A stretch of 64,000 bases of DNA from Raillietiella orientalis (taxonomy: Eukaryota). Below the pieces are notes generated by a model that was not told the DNA's origin, made no database searches, and was given only the letters and a program-made list of their open reading frames with translations. The DNA is taken from NCBI GenBank assembly GCA_036172245.1, contig JAYWIR010000001.1, positions 5,518,001 through 5,582,000 on the forward strand, read 5' to 3'. Both the position numbers and the translations under genes were made by a program. Of this stretch, positions 35,340 to 48,659 are shown piece after piece; position 1 is the stretch's first letter, and each line of letters starts with the position of its first letter.

Positions 35340-38300
35340 TCCCTATTCATATTTATTCAAGGAAGTGATCTACAGGCTAGAAACGAGATTCAGGCAGACC
35401 GGACGTCTTCCCTTACACACACCAGCGACCTGTCACCCGGTTTCCTCGTCTTGCGTGAGCTATGGAGTCTAAGAACGTCAGCTGTTCTTTGTTGTTCTAG
35501 AGTCAGGGACAAGGAAAGGATTCAGGCAGACTGGACGTCCTAATATGAATCGATGAAATTCCTCAGGGTGTCAATCTTCAGGGAAAACCTCAGAAACGGT
35601 TGCCATTGCTGGAGGAAATGACCCGAGAACGGGTCAGGAGTCCGTTCAGCAGACCGGGATTTAGGCAGTTATGGAGTGATTTCCAGGGCGTGCTCCAGAG
35701 CGGTCCCCTCACGTGGCAAACGAGAGCGAGGCCCTCAGGTATGCGAAAACCAGCGGGACGAAGGAGGAAGAGAAGGCAAGCTGGAGAGAAGAGTCGTCGC
35801 TCTTGGCTTCAGGCTATCCGGTTCTGGACACTGATTAAACTCGGAGAGCATCCAAGCCCGTGCTCCGTCACCAAGGACAACGAGCAACCGAAGCGTGCAG
35901 AGTCTCCTGCTTGTTTAGGAAGTTTCCGGAGGTACTGAAAATTTTTCCGGGGGCACGGCGCAACGAAGGAAAATAGAAAATAGATCCAAGAAGGGATGCG
36001 TTTGTTCCCACCGGCAGGTCCACAAGCTCCGCAATGGTAAGGGTGTGTTCCGAAACACCAAGCAGGATCGAGGGTGGGCCACGCCCGAAAGAAAACCCAC
36101 AGGGAGAAGCTGAGAAATGTACCCTCCCTCCTGCGTTCCTCCTCTTGCCCTCCGTGCAAGCGGAGTGTGAATTTGGGACGGGAGGAGGAACGGCCTCACG
36201 AGTGCTCCCGGGGAACCCCAGGTGGGAGCATCTGAATGCCCAGCGCGTGATTCCTGCAGAGACGTTGGCAGCTGCTCACCTTTCCCTCGGTGCTGCTTCC
36301 TACGACCTGTGTCTGCTGCTAGATGAGAGTCGCTCCCGACACCACATTCTTCTTCACCCTCCCTCCGCTCCCGAGGATGGGATGCGGCGTCTGGGAGGCG
36401 TTCTTCTTCCTCTCCCGTGTCCCTCGCTGCGACATGCCTTAAAGGCTCTTCTGCTCTTTCATCTCTTTATTGTTGCGGTGCTGCAGGGCGCACGCGAAAT
36501 GGCAAGAGAAGAGGAAAGGCTGCCGGTGGTCTACGAACCCGGAAGATGGCCCGGCAACTCGGAAGGATGGTGAAGGCAGGAAAGTCCCATGAGGGACGCA
36601 GAGGGAAAACACTCCTCCACCTGACTTTCAGGAGGCATTTTTGAGCACGGATTCTCCTCTCCTCTTCCCTGGAAATCCATCCCTCCTTGAACTCGGAAGC
36701 GCTGAGAGAGGCGAGTGTGGTTCGCGGCTATCAGGCAAAGCAGTGGCAGCAGAACGAATGATCCTGCAAGACACATCCACGACCAAACCTGACCGGACCT
36801 CCTTCTCCGTCCACTCCTCCGGATTCCACCTCACCTAACTTTATCCACTGCGACTTGACCACTCTGGCTTAGCCTCTGCCTCTACCAAACCAGACCCACC
36901 AAACCCAGGCTGCTACGAGGAACAGGAGGCAACATCTGGTTCAAGGACCTCGGGACTACGGAGACGGGACTCATACACTCTTCGGAGAATCAAGGAGGAA
37001 GGCTGATGCTGCGTCTCTCCAGGAGGAGGGAAGGAACGGCAGCAAACGCTGACGGGACCAAAGGGAAATCGATCCCTAGCGCCCTGGAGATGCCGACGCA
37101 CCTCTCCTAGTGCAACGCAACAGGCGAGAACAAAAGCCTCTGTAGGGCATGCTTTGGAGAAGTCCTGTTTCTGCTGTCCGATCCCTAGCCGGAAGACTGA
37201 GCACTTACCAGATTCTTATCCCAAGATTGATTCCGTCTGCATTCGGAGCACGTGACAACCATTCTTTTTTTCCTTAGAGAGAGAGAGAGAGAGGGAGAAA
37301 GAAAGAAACATACGTGCACGGATTCAGGGTTGTCAGCACTCCTCGAGAGCGTGGACATCCTTAAAGGAATTCTCTTGTTTCCCGTTTCAAGAAGAAGATG
37401 CTGTTCTTTCCGGTTTCTCGCTTGCTGTTCGCTTACCAGCAAGAGCTGCGCGAAAGGCGTTTCCATAGGAACCCGCTCTTTGCCCCTCTCTCTTCGATTC
37501 ACACCTTTCACTTGTTTCCTTCCTCCTGCCAACTTCCCTCTCGCTGCTCTGAGCATCCGGCTCGCTCGTGTCGTAGGTCACTGCTCTAAACATGTCATCC
37601 TCGCCAGCGATACACAGTCGGGTCAGCGGGCCCCTCTTCTCGTAATTCGCAGGTGTTTTCGTCTTGGGAGAAACCTCCGAAGGAGGGAAAAAGGGGGAAG
37701 GGGGAATTCCTATCGATCTATGGAAGTCTTTCTGGTCACAAGAATGAATCAGATGACCCTCGTCTAGATTATTGGCAATCCAACTTTGTTCCAGCCTTTC
37801 TCAGCGCAAGATCATCAAAGTACAGGGATCAGGTGTATCCACGCGGCTCCGTAGCTCTCCTTAGCAACGGATCTATTCTATCTCTTAGTCCTGCACAAAC
37901 TGGCGCACGACAGCTGACACTGCTTCCCAAAGACTTCCTCTTCAGAACCTTCGGCGTTTCGGGTCACCTTCGACGAGTGCTTCAGGCGGCTTCGGTCGGC
38001 GCCTCTGCATCACCCTTTCCTCTCATACCCGTTCCTCTCCGATGGGCAGTCGAGAGCCAAGCGTCAGCTGACTGCTTGTCTTCGGGCCATCGTCGAATCA
38101 GGCATCCGGAAGTCTCTGGAGAGTGGACGAAACCACAGTAAGTGTCTTGACTTGACTTTGTTCAGGTTCTCCTCGGAGTCTCAAGGCGTCCTCGGGGTCC
38201 CCTGGCGACCATCTTTGGGAGTTTCTCTTGGGACTCTTCTTTTACCATGCAACGTCCCAAAGCTCAGCTCCCAGGACCTCGGTGCCATGCACTTGGCGTC

Positions 38301-39950
38301 CGCTCGTCCCTTCTTTCCGTGTCCCTCCGTCAGCCACCTTTTTCCCCTTTGCGCTCTTTCGGAGGGACCTTGAGGCCGCCTCTTCGGAAGGATTGCCTTC
38401 TCGGTTTCCAAGCAACCTTCCCCGACAACGGGTGGTCCCGTCTCTCTTCTCGTGGCCCTTTGTAACGAAGGGAATCTCAGGCGACTGAATTCCTGGAGTT
38501 CTCGGAACTGCGGCGGGTGAGCGTCCTCGCATCTTCCCGAAGACGTTCCGTGACGCTTCTGTTGCGGGACGTCACATGGGGGATCAATTCTCGGCCTTTT
38601 GGCTAAGATCAAAGTGCGGTCTCTGTATTTTGAAACAATCTGGCTCCTCCTTTGGGACTTTGCTCCCACTGATAGAGACCATGCAGTTTCTTCCATTCAT
38701 CGGGAGAAAGTGAGGGGAAGGGAGGCAAATTTTGCTTTCCCTTCTCTCATCTTCCAAGGTCCCTCCCCTGACCTGGCAGGAATTCTGCTTGTTCTGGTCA
38801 TCAGAGCCATCCGGTTACCAGATGCCTTTATCCGGCAGCACCAGTCGGACTCTCTCCTGAAGGAAAAGGGTTCAGAGCCTACAGGGCTTTCTTGGAGACG
38901 GTGATCTGTCGCGAAAGTTCTCTTTCGGTTGATTACCCTCCGCGGTCGTCATCCGAAGGGAAATGCACCCTGCAAGAAGCACGGCCCCGAGGAACGCGCG
39001 GAGCATTTCAAGTCTGAAGAAGGATGCGCGCACTTTGGCAGCAGTATCTTGTGAAGATGGTGCTGTTTTGCGCACAAAGGGGGGCCATGTGGGACGGAAG
39101 AGGATGAGCCCGCGCTCGCTGCCCCCAGGGAGCCGGTCAACCGACGTCTTCCTCTCCTTGTGCGTCTACCTCCCCGAACCCTGACATGGCGGGAGCGCTC
39201 ACTGCTTTCCTTGTGTGAGGCTGCCCCTCCCGCGCGCGCGCCACCGCCTGCGACCGCTAGCCGCTGGCGATAGTACCATCTACAGCCATGGTGCGTCTCG
39301 GCAGACCCGTGGCACGCGCAGTCGAAGGCAACTTTCCGGGGTGCAGCGCCCATCCCGGACGCATCCTTCCCTGCTGCAACTTTTGGGATTGCACCCCGCC
39401 AGGAAAGGGGGTACGCACGAAGTGAGCATCCCTCTCCTCTTCCATCTGCCTGTCGTCCCCGACTCGTTCTTCTCCGGCAGTCTTCCCCGAGTTTCTATAG
39501 GGCGGCGTCCCGTCCCTTACCCCGGGAGCAACGGGCTCCTTTTCCGCGCGTCGCTCCGACGATCCTCTGGACGCCTCCTTCTCCGCCGAGCCCAGAAGTC
39601 TCCCGAAGGTCGCTCTTGAGCCCGCGGGTGCTGCTGCTTCCAAGTCCAAGAGGAGTTCTCCTTCTTCCTCTCGACTCAGAAGGACTGTGTCCTCGTGGAG
39701 GCAGGCGGGGTTCGGTGCCCGAAGGCGGCCACGTTTCGTCTCGGGGCAACAGGTCCGCTCGGTCGTCCCACACCCAACGGGAGCCCCTTTGAGGTCGAAG
39801 TGGACCCGTCATATTTACTTCCTTCCTCATGGAGCACCCCTTTCGGAGACGCTGGGGAGGCGCGTGGCGCTCGCAGCTTGGTGGTGACCCTTCCTGCACC
39901 CTGGGCGTCAGATGTGGCTCCAACCTGCAGTCCGTTCTCGGAGTGGCCGG
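35340..39950 (-). mobile_element. Decayed near-full-length L1/Tx1-clade LINE
   Basis: ORF1 with APGVRDGT and knuckle relic SCSREGCVR (39250-39650). RT SCDQKDFHR (~37717-37743, degenerate LDQEKAFDR). Zinc-finger relic LWVFFRAWPTLDP...HCGACG (36020-36105). AATAAA on the minus strand at ~35352-35357. Confidence 0.6.
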
Positions 39951-40799
39951 TTGTTGTCTTAATGTCTCTCTGTAAAGAGGGCTCTCTTTGTCCGGACCTT
40001 CAGCTCCATCTTGCCATCTGCTGAAGGAGCCTTGCAAGTGGTGGAGGCGGTTCCCCGATAGCCCGAGCCTCCTTACTCCATTGCTCTTACAGTCGGAGGC
40101 ATTTCCTTCCTTCGCTCGGGAGCGCCTGGTCCGGCTTGAGCTCCGAGTCCATCCTCTGTCTAAGTTGGCTGGTTGCCACCAATTGTGGTTCATTCATTTA
40201 TAGCTGCTGAATTCTATGAAAAATGGATTTCTATCACGTGCAAGGGGAAACTTTCCACCACCTCAACAGTCCATCCCTCCTCTTCCTCCTCTTCTCTTCG
40301 CATTTTAATAGGTATTCCCCCCCATTACAGAAGATGAACCAGCTTGTATGATCGAACGCACCATCTCTTTCTCGATACTAATCCACCTGCTTCTTGGCAA
40401 TGCTCAGTTCCCTCAACATTTCGTCATTGTCCTTGGGACCTGCAGATCCTTCTACAGGGGGGGTCGACTCAAGCCTGAAACTTCTCTGCCCTCCGCCGCA
40501 AAGTTGAGTCCGAGGCGGGCCGGTCCTCAGTCGCTCGCCCTATCGGAGCCTGGGACGGAGGTGCTTCTACTGCCGCCGCCGCGGACGCCTGCCCATTCTG
40601 TGTTTATCCTCCTGGTGTGGCAGGAACTGCTCTTAACGAGGAGTAAAGAGCGAGTTCTCGCCCTCCTCTTTATGGTCTCGCCTCCTCCAATGTTGCTAGA
40701 GAACACTCAAAGGGGCAGCAGACCTCCCTTTCTTCTTGGGGCCCTACACCCTAACCTCGGCTTCGAAGTCGTTCCCGGAACGGTCTGGTAGTCAGCCAG

Positions 40800-43700
40800 C
40801 GACTCCCAGCGCTTCAACGAGCACTTTCAGAGCTGGGTTCCCATCCATGTGAATTCGAGTGCGCTCGCTGCGGCGCCCGGACGCTGCGGGCGTCGGCGAA
40901 ACGCCCGCGCAGGAGACATCGGCCCGGTCGCTGGACTCCGCTGGCCCGCCCACTCAACCCACAAGTGAAGATCGTGAAGATCCAACGGAGAAGAGCAACA
41001 AGCGGTGGGAAGAGAGCATTCCCCCTCTGCAGTGAGGCCATCCCTTCCGTTCTCTCCTTCCGGGCGAGACCGTGACCTTCGGGGGACCCGAGCCGAGCTG
41101 AAGTCCCTTACGGCATCTCCCGGCGAGGTTGGACGTCGAGACGCGCCGTCTCTTTCCCGAGCTCCTCCTCTTTCCGCCCAGGTGCCTCGTGCTGGCGCAG
41201 GCACTCACTCGGAGACACAGAGGACCTCCGAGCCGTTGCGGAGTTGTCTACGCGAGGCGGGAGACGTCTGTCAAGATAGCCCTCCCTTCTCTCGGGAAAT
41301 TAGCTGGAGTAGAAGCTTCAGAGACTGGTTAGATGAGGGTCACCGGCTCGCGTTGTCCTTGGGCGGCCCTTACGGTCCGAGAACACGCGTCACGTCCGTC
41401 TCCCCTCCCCCTCCCTTCACATCCAAGTGCGCGCGCGGAGCTGTGCCCCAAGAACTGCCGGGCTGGCTAGGACCGCAGATCCTCCTACGTTGGGGGAGCT
41501 TCAGAGCCGGGTTTCCTGGTGTGTGTGCGCTCCTGCGAGTGGGAAGGAGAAAAGGGGGAGGGGGGAGAGAAGAAGGAAGAGGAGGACGAACAGGCTGGCA
41601 ACGCTGCCTCTCGGCTGCGGCAGCCGGGCCGTCGCTCCTCCGCCTCTGAGGTCGGTGAGCCCCTCGCTCGCCACCGGATTTACGAGTCGCCTCTCCCGGA
41701 GCGACCCTCTCCGCACGCGCTCATCAATATTCCTCCTCCGAACGTTTTTCCAGCTTCCCCAACTCTTTTCCCATGCGAGGGGGGTTCGCCCTTCCTGCGC
41801 GGAGCGTTGTGTGCGGAGCCCCAGTCGCCGAGTGTCACGACAGACCTCCGGAGGCGTCACGCAAGCAAGCACGGCTCTCTCCCAGTGCCGTCGCCATGGA
41901 GCCCGCTCCCGCGATGCCCCTCCGTCTGCCTGAAGTCGGATCTTTAGGGCGGCCGCCGCCTCGCGCGTCGTCCGATACGCGGACATCTACAGAGGAAGGT
42001 GAGGGCAGACCAAAGAGGAGACCCTTCTCCCACTGCTGGGGGAAAAGAAAAAAAAATTCCCCGCGCTTACCGGCTCGGCTCGCCGAAAGAGGCCTGGGAG
42101 AACCCTCCCAGTGAGGGAGGGAGGGCGTGTCGGAAGTGGGAATCTCCGGAAACAGAAACCAGGGTGCGGGAGGGAAAATCCGAACGTGGAGCAGCTCCAT
42201 ATGTTTCAGGAGACGCTCCAAGAGGGTGGCAGCTTCGTGGGAGGCAGAAGAGCGCGAGTCCTGAGAGAGACGATATAGCCCCACCCTGAGGGCAAAGCGT
42301 CCGGCCTTTTCAATGATCGGCTCTTCCAGGAGCCTTGGCGGAGGACCCCCTCGGGCAGCAAATCAGGCTGCCGCTCGCACCAGCCAGAGGGAGATGAAAG
42401 GTGAGCGAGTAAAGAAATGGCAAGAGGAGGAGGAGGGGGATGGGAAGGACGGAAGGAAGGACCTTTCTTCTCTCTTCCTCCTCGCTATTCCTCCTCCTCT
42501 TCTTCTTCACTCTCCCGTCATCCCTAGAGTCTTTTTCCCGATCCGATGGAGATCTGGGTCCTCATTCTCCCGACGCCGCTCAGAAAAGCGAGCCCACGCC
42601 GTTCTCCTGTAAGGAAGCAGAAACCGAGGGAAGGGCTGCCATGGCAACCGCTATCGGGTGGCGCCGCGATCAAACAAGGAGATACCCTCGCGTCCTCTTT
42701 CTTCTACCGGAGTCTGTTTGCCTTTCATATGCGTTCACCTCAAGTGCCAATCAATTATTCATCCGGAAGACCGAAGAAGCAACTTTCTGGGGAACGGAAA
42801 GTGGCCCAGGATGCGGGAAGAGCAAACAAGATGAAAAAGGGAGAAAGAAAGGAAAAATTCCTCAATCGCAGACTGTTCCGGTCTCGCATTTTGACGGGTT
42901 GTGGGGCACTAGGATGGAGGATGGGGAGGAAGGGATGGGAGAAGCAACTTTGTCACCATCCTCACCGCAGATCCAAGGAACGGTCCCCTGTCTCCTTAGA
43001 TGAGGGAAGAACCGCTCTGATGCCAGGCGTGGGAGAGGACGCGGGAGCGCTCGCTCGTTCTCAGCAGCGAAGAGAGGGAAAACTTCGGGGTACGGAGGAA
43101 CCCAAAGCGTCATAATGAGGGAGGGAGCACCGGGACGGGAGGGCAGCGGCCCTCCGTCTCTCGCAATTGCAAGGGCTAAAGGAAAACTGCCTCCAGAGCC
43201 TCCCCTCCCTTCCTCGATGGCCCCAGAAACCGGGTAGAAAGGAGTGGCAGCAAGGAAAGGGCGCTGCTCCCTCGGACGGACGGCGCCGGGGCGCCGGTTC
43301 TGAGCACTCTGGCGACTGCTGACGCCATCGCTCCCTGCAGAGCAATTACCCCCCCCCCCCCCCAACTAGACTTTTTGATTCAACACCTTTTTTTTCTTTG
43401 ATTCTTGACGTCGGAATGACCAAAAGGACGCTCTCCGAACCTATAAAGAATGCGCTCAGCGGGGGCAAGGAGGAAGAGGAGCAAGCTAAGAGAAGAAGGA
43501 GGAGCAAGAAAGGTGGAAGGGAGGAGAACGAGAAGGTGATAAGGAAGTGAAGGACGAGGAGGAAAGGAAGAGGAGGAGGAGAAAGAGGAAGGGATTTGGA
43601 TGAAGAGAAGGAGGAGGAAGCTCTGATCAACTTGCTTGCTCGCGTGTGATTTCTCCACCAAAAAGGGAAACGAGAGAGGGAGAGGGGGGGGGGAGGGAAG

Positions 43701-44600
43701 GCAGGAGGATGCACGGACGTACGCGAGGGCGGTCACGAAAGGCTGCGAAGGCTGAGGGGATGCGTGAGGGGGAGGTGGGTGGCAGAGGGGTTGGTTGGGA
43801 CATGCAGTCTCAGCTGCTCCCTCCCCTCCTTCTCCTCTCTGGAAGGAGCAGGCAGGTATGAAGGGGGTGAGGTCAGGTGACGTACACTCAGATGGCAGGC
43901 GGATAGGAGATCTTCACGAATACCCCTCGGGGGGAGGAAAGGAGATGGCAGCGAAGAAAAACAGGCGAAGTCCTTTTGGCGGAAACAGCTCCACCATCCT
44001 CCGTCTCTCCTCTGTTGGGGAGTCGTGGATGGCGGAGGGGAGAGGCGGCGGCAAGGTGGCCACCTTTTCGGACGCGAGAGGATCGCGTCCGAAAAGGGAG
44101 GAAGGGTCAAGGGGCACAGAGACCCAACTTGTCCCGCCTCCCCTCGAAGGACGCGGCAGCAGGAGGACCTCCCCCGGGAGTGGGATCATGTGAGGGCTCC
44201 GGAAGCCAGTGGTCAGACCTCCCTCGTTTGTGGACTGCTGCCGCGTTTGGTACACAGTCAAAAGACAGGCAGAGGAGCGGGAGAGCCGGTCTTCGAGGGC
44301 GCATGCTGCAGCGACTCTGTCCAGTCCGCCACCAGTACCGCCACCGCACGCCGACCGACTCTTCACCCTATCCCAATCCTTCATCCCATTTCACGTTGCG
44401 TCTAGCACGAGTCCTCGTGCATGGTGCCCCCAAGTCCGTGTCCCTGTCCATCGATTCCAGGACGCAGTACTGGTGATGAGAACGCCTAAGGGACGAACGT
44501 AGAAGGGACACCGGAACAGAATCGCCCCGAAGATTCATCCCCGAAAACCAGGAGCCCCTTCCCGTCCTTCCTTCCGGACAGAGTTCTGTCTCAAGAAGGA
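40800..44600 (+). mobile_element. Decayed LINE pieces interrupted by GA-rich low-complexity tracts
   Basis: Knuckle relic LRSCLREAGDVCQDSP (~41236-41283). RT-like EIWVLILPTPLRK (~42550) and IKQGDTLASSFF (~42669-42704, degenerate QGDPLSPLLF). Post-RT ...VPPPLEGRG (~44130-44157). Confidence 0.5.
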
Positions 44601-44684
44601 TTGCATCCAGATCTCTAACTGCTCTTGCGAGACCACTTTTATTCCAGAAGGATAACTTTTTTAACTCTTTGAAGACATCTTACT

Positions 44685-44975
44685 AACTAGGTGTGGTAGG
44701 TTATGCGAAGTAGGGTAGGGTAGGTAGTTTAGATTTGAGTAAATGAGTAAGTCGTGTAAGGTAGGGTAGGATAGGTGAGCTTGGTATATAGGGATAGGGT
44801 TTGTTAGTCTAGGGTAGAGTAAGATAGGGTGGGTTGTGTGAGATACGGTAGATGGAGTCTGTCTAGGTGGAGTGGGTTGTGTGAAGTAGGGTTCGTTAGT
44901 GTAGGATAGGTGAGGTCTGACTAGGTGGGTTGACTTATGTCAGGTAGGGGTTCGTTAGGGCGGGGTCAGTTAGAC
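44685..44975 (+). repeat. Degenerate pentamer tract (TAGGG/TTAGG/TAGGT-like)
   Basis: gtagggtagggtaggtagtttag...gggttcgttagtgtaggataggtgagg shows period-5 G/T-rich sequence with very few C. Confidence 0.75.
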
Positions 44976-45539
44976 TTATTTGTTATTTGGGTGAGTTGTC
45001 TGTTGGTCGGTGGGACTTTGGTGGTTTTCATCCTTGGACTCAGCGTGATCATTTTCGATCGTGTGGGATCCGTCGAGATTGGATGGAGACGCCCCGGGAA
45101 GGAGTGCTGCGGAATGGCCACTGCTAATTCCCGTGCGGTGGCACGAATGGGTTGACGTCTTTTTTCTGGGGAGCGCCCTTGCATCCTCACGCCCCCGCGA
45201 CGACCGATACATTAGGCATCATTGACACAGAGACACAGCGGAAGCTGCGATCTTTTTCGCATGTCGTCAGCTTCGACGACCTCTGAGCCTTCAAGGTAGA
45301 TGTTTGGGGGAAGAGGAGCACGGGCTGGCGCGAAAGCATCCCGGGCGAGCGCTTGATGGTTCCCGCTGCTCTCGGAGTCCGGGGTGTCACCCAGAGAGTG
45401 GCTCTTGGGTCTCCCAAGGCTACTGTCTGGAGGTCGCGAAAGGATGATCAGCTCATGGAAGGGCAGCTTCCACGATCCGAACGGATGGATGATGGAAAAT
45501 CCTTTACGGTTCTTCTCCGTCTTCGCTTCTTTTCCTTTT

Positions 45540-46265
45540 TTCCTTTTATTGGGTTTTCTTTTTTTTTGGTTTGCTGAGTACCTCAAGAACTGTCGCGCCC
45601 CTGGCGGTTCACGCAGCTCTTTAATGCTGTTCCGCGTCACCCGAGGGTGCACGTGACTCTTCGAGTTAGGAGCACTCCGTACCACCCTACAATCCCAAGA
45701 AGCCTCCGGAGGAAGGAGTCCGTTCCTCTCGCGCGCTTGGTGGGGGAATCCAAAGGGAAACTCTTCCATATCCTTTCTGAAGGGGACCATTCCATTGCTT
45801 CTTCTCCGGAGGCTACCTCAAGGGAACCGCTCCTGGTTTCCTTCTCTGAAGAGAACTCCGAAGGGAGAAGCGCGCTTTTTGCACACTGAAGAGGTGTCAT
45901 CAATCCACCAGCTTCATGGCACGAGACGGAGGGTCCATCCACGAGGGGGTAGGGGAAAGGGGACGTCTCCTTTGCACAACCGGAAGTGATACCCCGAGGA
46001 GAACTGGAGTCCTTGATTCTGTTTCCCGAAAGGACCAGAAGGACCCCGGATGGTCGACTCCCAATCCCGACCACTCATCGGGGGCATCCGGCTTTATGCG
46101 CTACCAGTGTCGCACCCGAAGCCTTCAGACCAACCAGAGTCATCTTGCGGGAGGAACTCGAACATACGACGCACCCATTTCTTCTCTGACGTCGGTCTTC
46201 CTCGAATGAAATTCGAACCCGCCGGGGTCACGCGCGAAGACCGCAGCCACTCAGCCTCCGGTGCA
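45540..46265 (-). mobile_element. tRNA-headed SINE, copy 5 (full length, diverged)
   Basis: Minus-strand A box GGCTGAGTGG (~46247-46256) and B box GGTTCGAAT (~46211-46219). Conserved 3' block CACCCGAGGGTGCACGTGACTCTTCGAGTT (45638-45667). T-rich tail at 45530-45568. Confidence 0.85.
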
Positions 46266-46269
46266 AGCA

Positions 46270-48260
46270 TGCAGGCTCCGTTTTTGGGCCCTGAAGATGG
46301 CACCGGGGATGAGAGTGTACGTGCCAGCGGACGTTGCGGGTTCCTCTTCCTCCTCCTCCGAGGAACCCCGTCCTGTCGTGCCTCACCGGGGCAGGTGGGG
46401 TGGCGAGGACGCGGCACTTTTGGTTGCTGCTTCCACGAGCTGCATGCCACCTCGTCCCCGATTGCTTCCAGGCGCATCCTCGGCCGTGGGGATCACTTCT
46501 GCAGTCGTGCGTCTCCACGTACCTTCTCCCTCGCTAAGAGCGCCATCCTGGCGGGTCTCCTGGAAACGTCCTGTAGCAGGCGTGATCTCAACGAACTCTC
46601 AAACGCTCCTTCCCTAGGCGACGCATGTCCCGCGCTTCCTGCACTCGCGTCCGCCTGTCGTCCAGGAGTGCCTCGACCTCGGCCCCGGCCCCGGATGCCT
46701 CGCACCTTTTCCCTGAAGGGGAAGGACGAGTTCGCCCTGTGGAAGGGCGTACGTGCGGAGCGCGCCAAGGGAAACAGGAAGAACGGGGCGAGCTGCATAT
46801 CTGAGCCCAACGGGCCGCATCAGCGATGCGTCGCTTGAGGGGGAGGCGGGGCGGGATGGGAGCGTCTTCAGGCGGGGGAGGAGGTAGATCGGGAGCGGCA
46901 GCGCAGGAACGTCCTGACGGACTGCCAGCCCAGCCCGCGGACTCGCGACGCTCCCTCGAGCTTCAGGGAATCGCCAGAGGAGTCCCGTCGACTGAGCGGC
47001 GACCAGGACTGAGGACGGCGACTGAGGACGAGCAGACGGCCTTCTGGGCCCATGCAAAACTTCAACGACCTTGTCGAAGCCAAGCGAAGGGACGGGGATT
47101 CTGGACGCGGAAGCAAAGAGGGATCGTTCTTGCTGCATTCCATGGACCAGTGCTGCCGCCGCTGTTGGACTCCATTACCATTGAAAGAGGAACGCACGGG
47201 AGTAGGAAGTACCTATTGTAGGGCGGAAATCTGTTTGGATGGAATAGAAGCTCGTGTTTGCTGAGATGAGACAATTTCCCTGTCTTCCTCGAGAATGAGA
47301 CCATCAGCGTGATGGCCTTCCCATCGGGGTGCGGTCTTCCCGGCTGTGCCGTAACCGTGGCTCAAAGGCATCAGGGAGTTCGCTGTCGTCCTGGAAGAGG
47401 AGGAGGAGGAAGTTGCGCTGCGCGCGAAGGAGCGCTTCGACTCTGGCTCTCCGAAGTTGTCCTCCGGGAGCCGCAGGGCTGTCCGGCGAAGCGTTTGTCG
47501 GTGCTCTGGCGGGAAGCAGGAGGGTGCAGGAAGGATTCCCCCCTCCCTCACCTTCGCGCGTGGGACGGTTGGTGGTCACCCATGGCATCACCGAATGCCA
47601 CCGCTTCTGGGGTGGTCGGAGGCGTCTGTGAGAGAACCGCAGGGATTTCCAGGTTTTTCTGGGAACTTTCGAAAAGGTGTGGCCCAGGGAAGCAGTCCTT
47701 TTTGACGAGGCACTTCGGATCGCCGTCGACCGTGGCTATCTGGCAATGCGCCCTCCCTTCCTCAGGGACGAGGTCGTTGGTGCTGGTTACATTGACCGCA
47801 GTTTAAGCGAGTCGCACACCTCGCTGTGTCACTTGAAAGGGACGTTCAAATACGGGGGAGGGGGACCACATAGGTTTGTCTGAGAGCACACTTTACAGTC
47901 AGGCGGAACGGAGTGGTCCTTGGTCCGAAGACGTGATGTGGCAGCGCCAGCCAAGCCCCCCTCTCCGGTCGACCTTTGCAAGAGTTGCTTTTCTCCCGCA
48001 ATCATGCAGGAGGAATCCCACCCTGACGGCAGGCTGCTGACAGGAAGCTGCAGTGCGAAGACCTTTTTCTTTGGGGGGGGGGAGCACCTTGCAAAAACCA
48101 GGCGACGTCCCAAGGGAACTGAAAGTAGCCCGCCATCAGATTGCTCGCAAATGCGGAAGTGTGCAAGAAGCATCTGCCGATTCCATCCACAGCCAGCCGC
48201 ACAGAGATCAAGAATCATTGAAGTCCGGAAGCGACTAAGAAACATCAAGCCCAACCGGAA
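46270..48260 (+). mobile_element. Possible decayed R2/NeSL-like (restriction-endonuclease-class) non-LTR element
   Basis: Myb-like TFSLAKSAILAGLLE...DLNEL (~46520-46600). HAKLQRPCRSQ and ILDA (47050-47110). ENETISVM (47291-47314, degenerate RPISV). KGVAQGSSP (47673-47699). No RLE domain seen. Confidence 0.45.
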
Positions 48261-48659
48261 GTAATTTCAAAAAACTCTCGATGCCTTCCAAAAGATGCAA
48301 ATGCGTGCAGCACTACACCTCTTTAATTTGGGCAGCGTCTTCCAAGGGAACCGACGAGGAATTCGTTTCTAACTCGAATGGGGTCTTCCGGATGCACAGC
48401 AGAAGAGGCATTTTTTTTTTTTTTTTTTTACCTCAGAACGCAGTGTTTTTTACTTAATTTTATTTAATTTTTTTTTTTGGCATCTAGCATCACTAAAAAT
48501 CTCGACAGACTGAATTTATCCTTGCAGAGTTTTTATCCCGGAGAGTTCAGTTTCTAGTTCCAGTTCCCGAGCCGAAAAATACCGAAGAAATGGCAAGAAG
48601 TGAAATCGAAGGATGCAGTCGAACTCGCGCAAAAAAAGCTGGGAACGAAACAACTTCTA

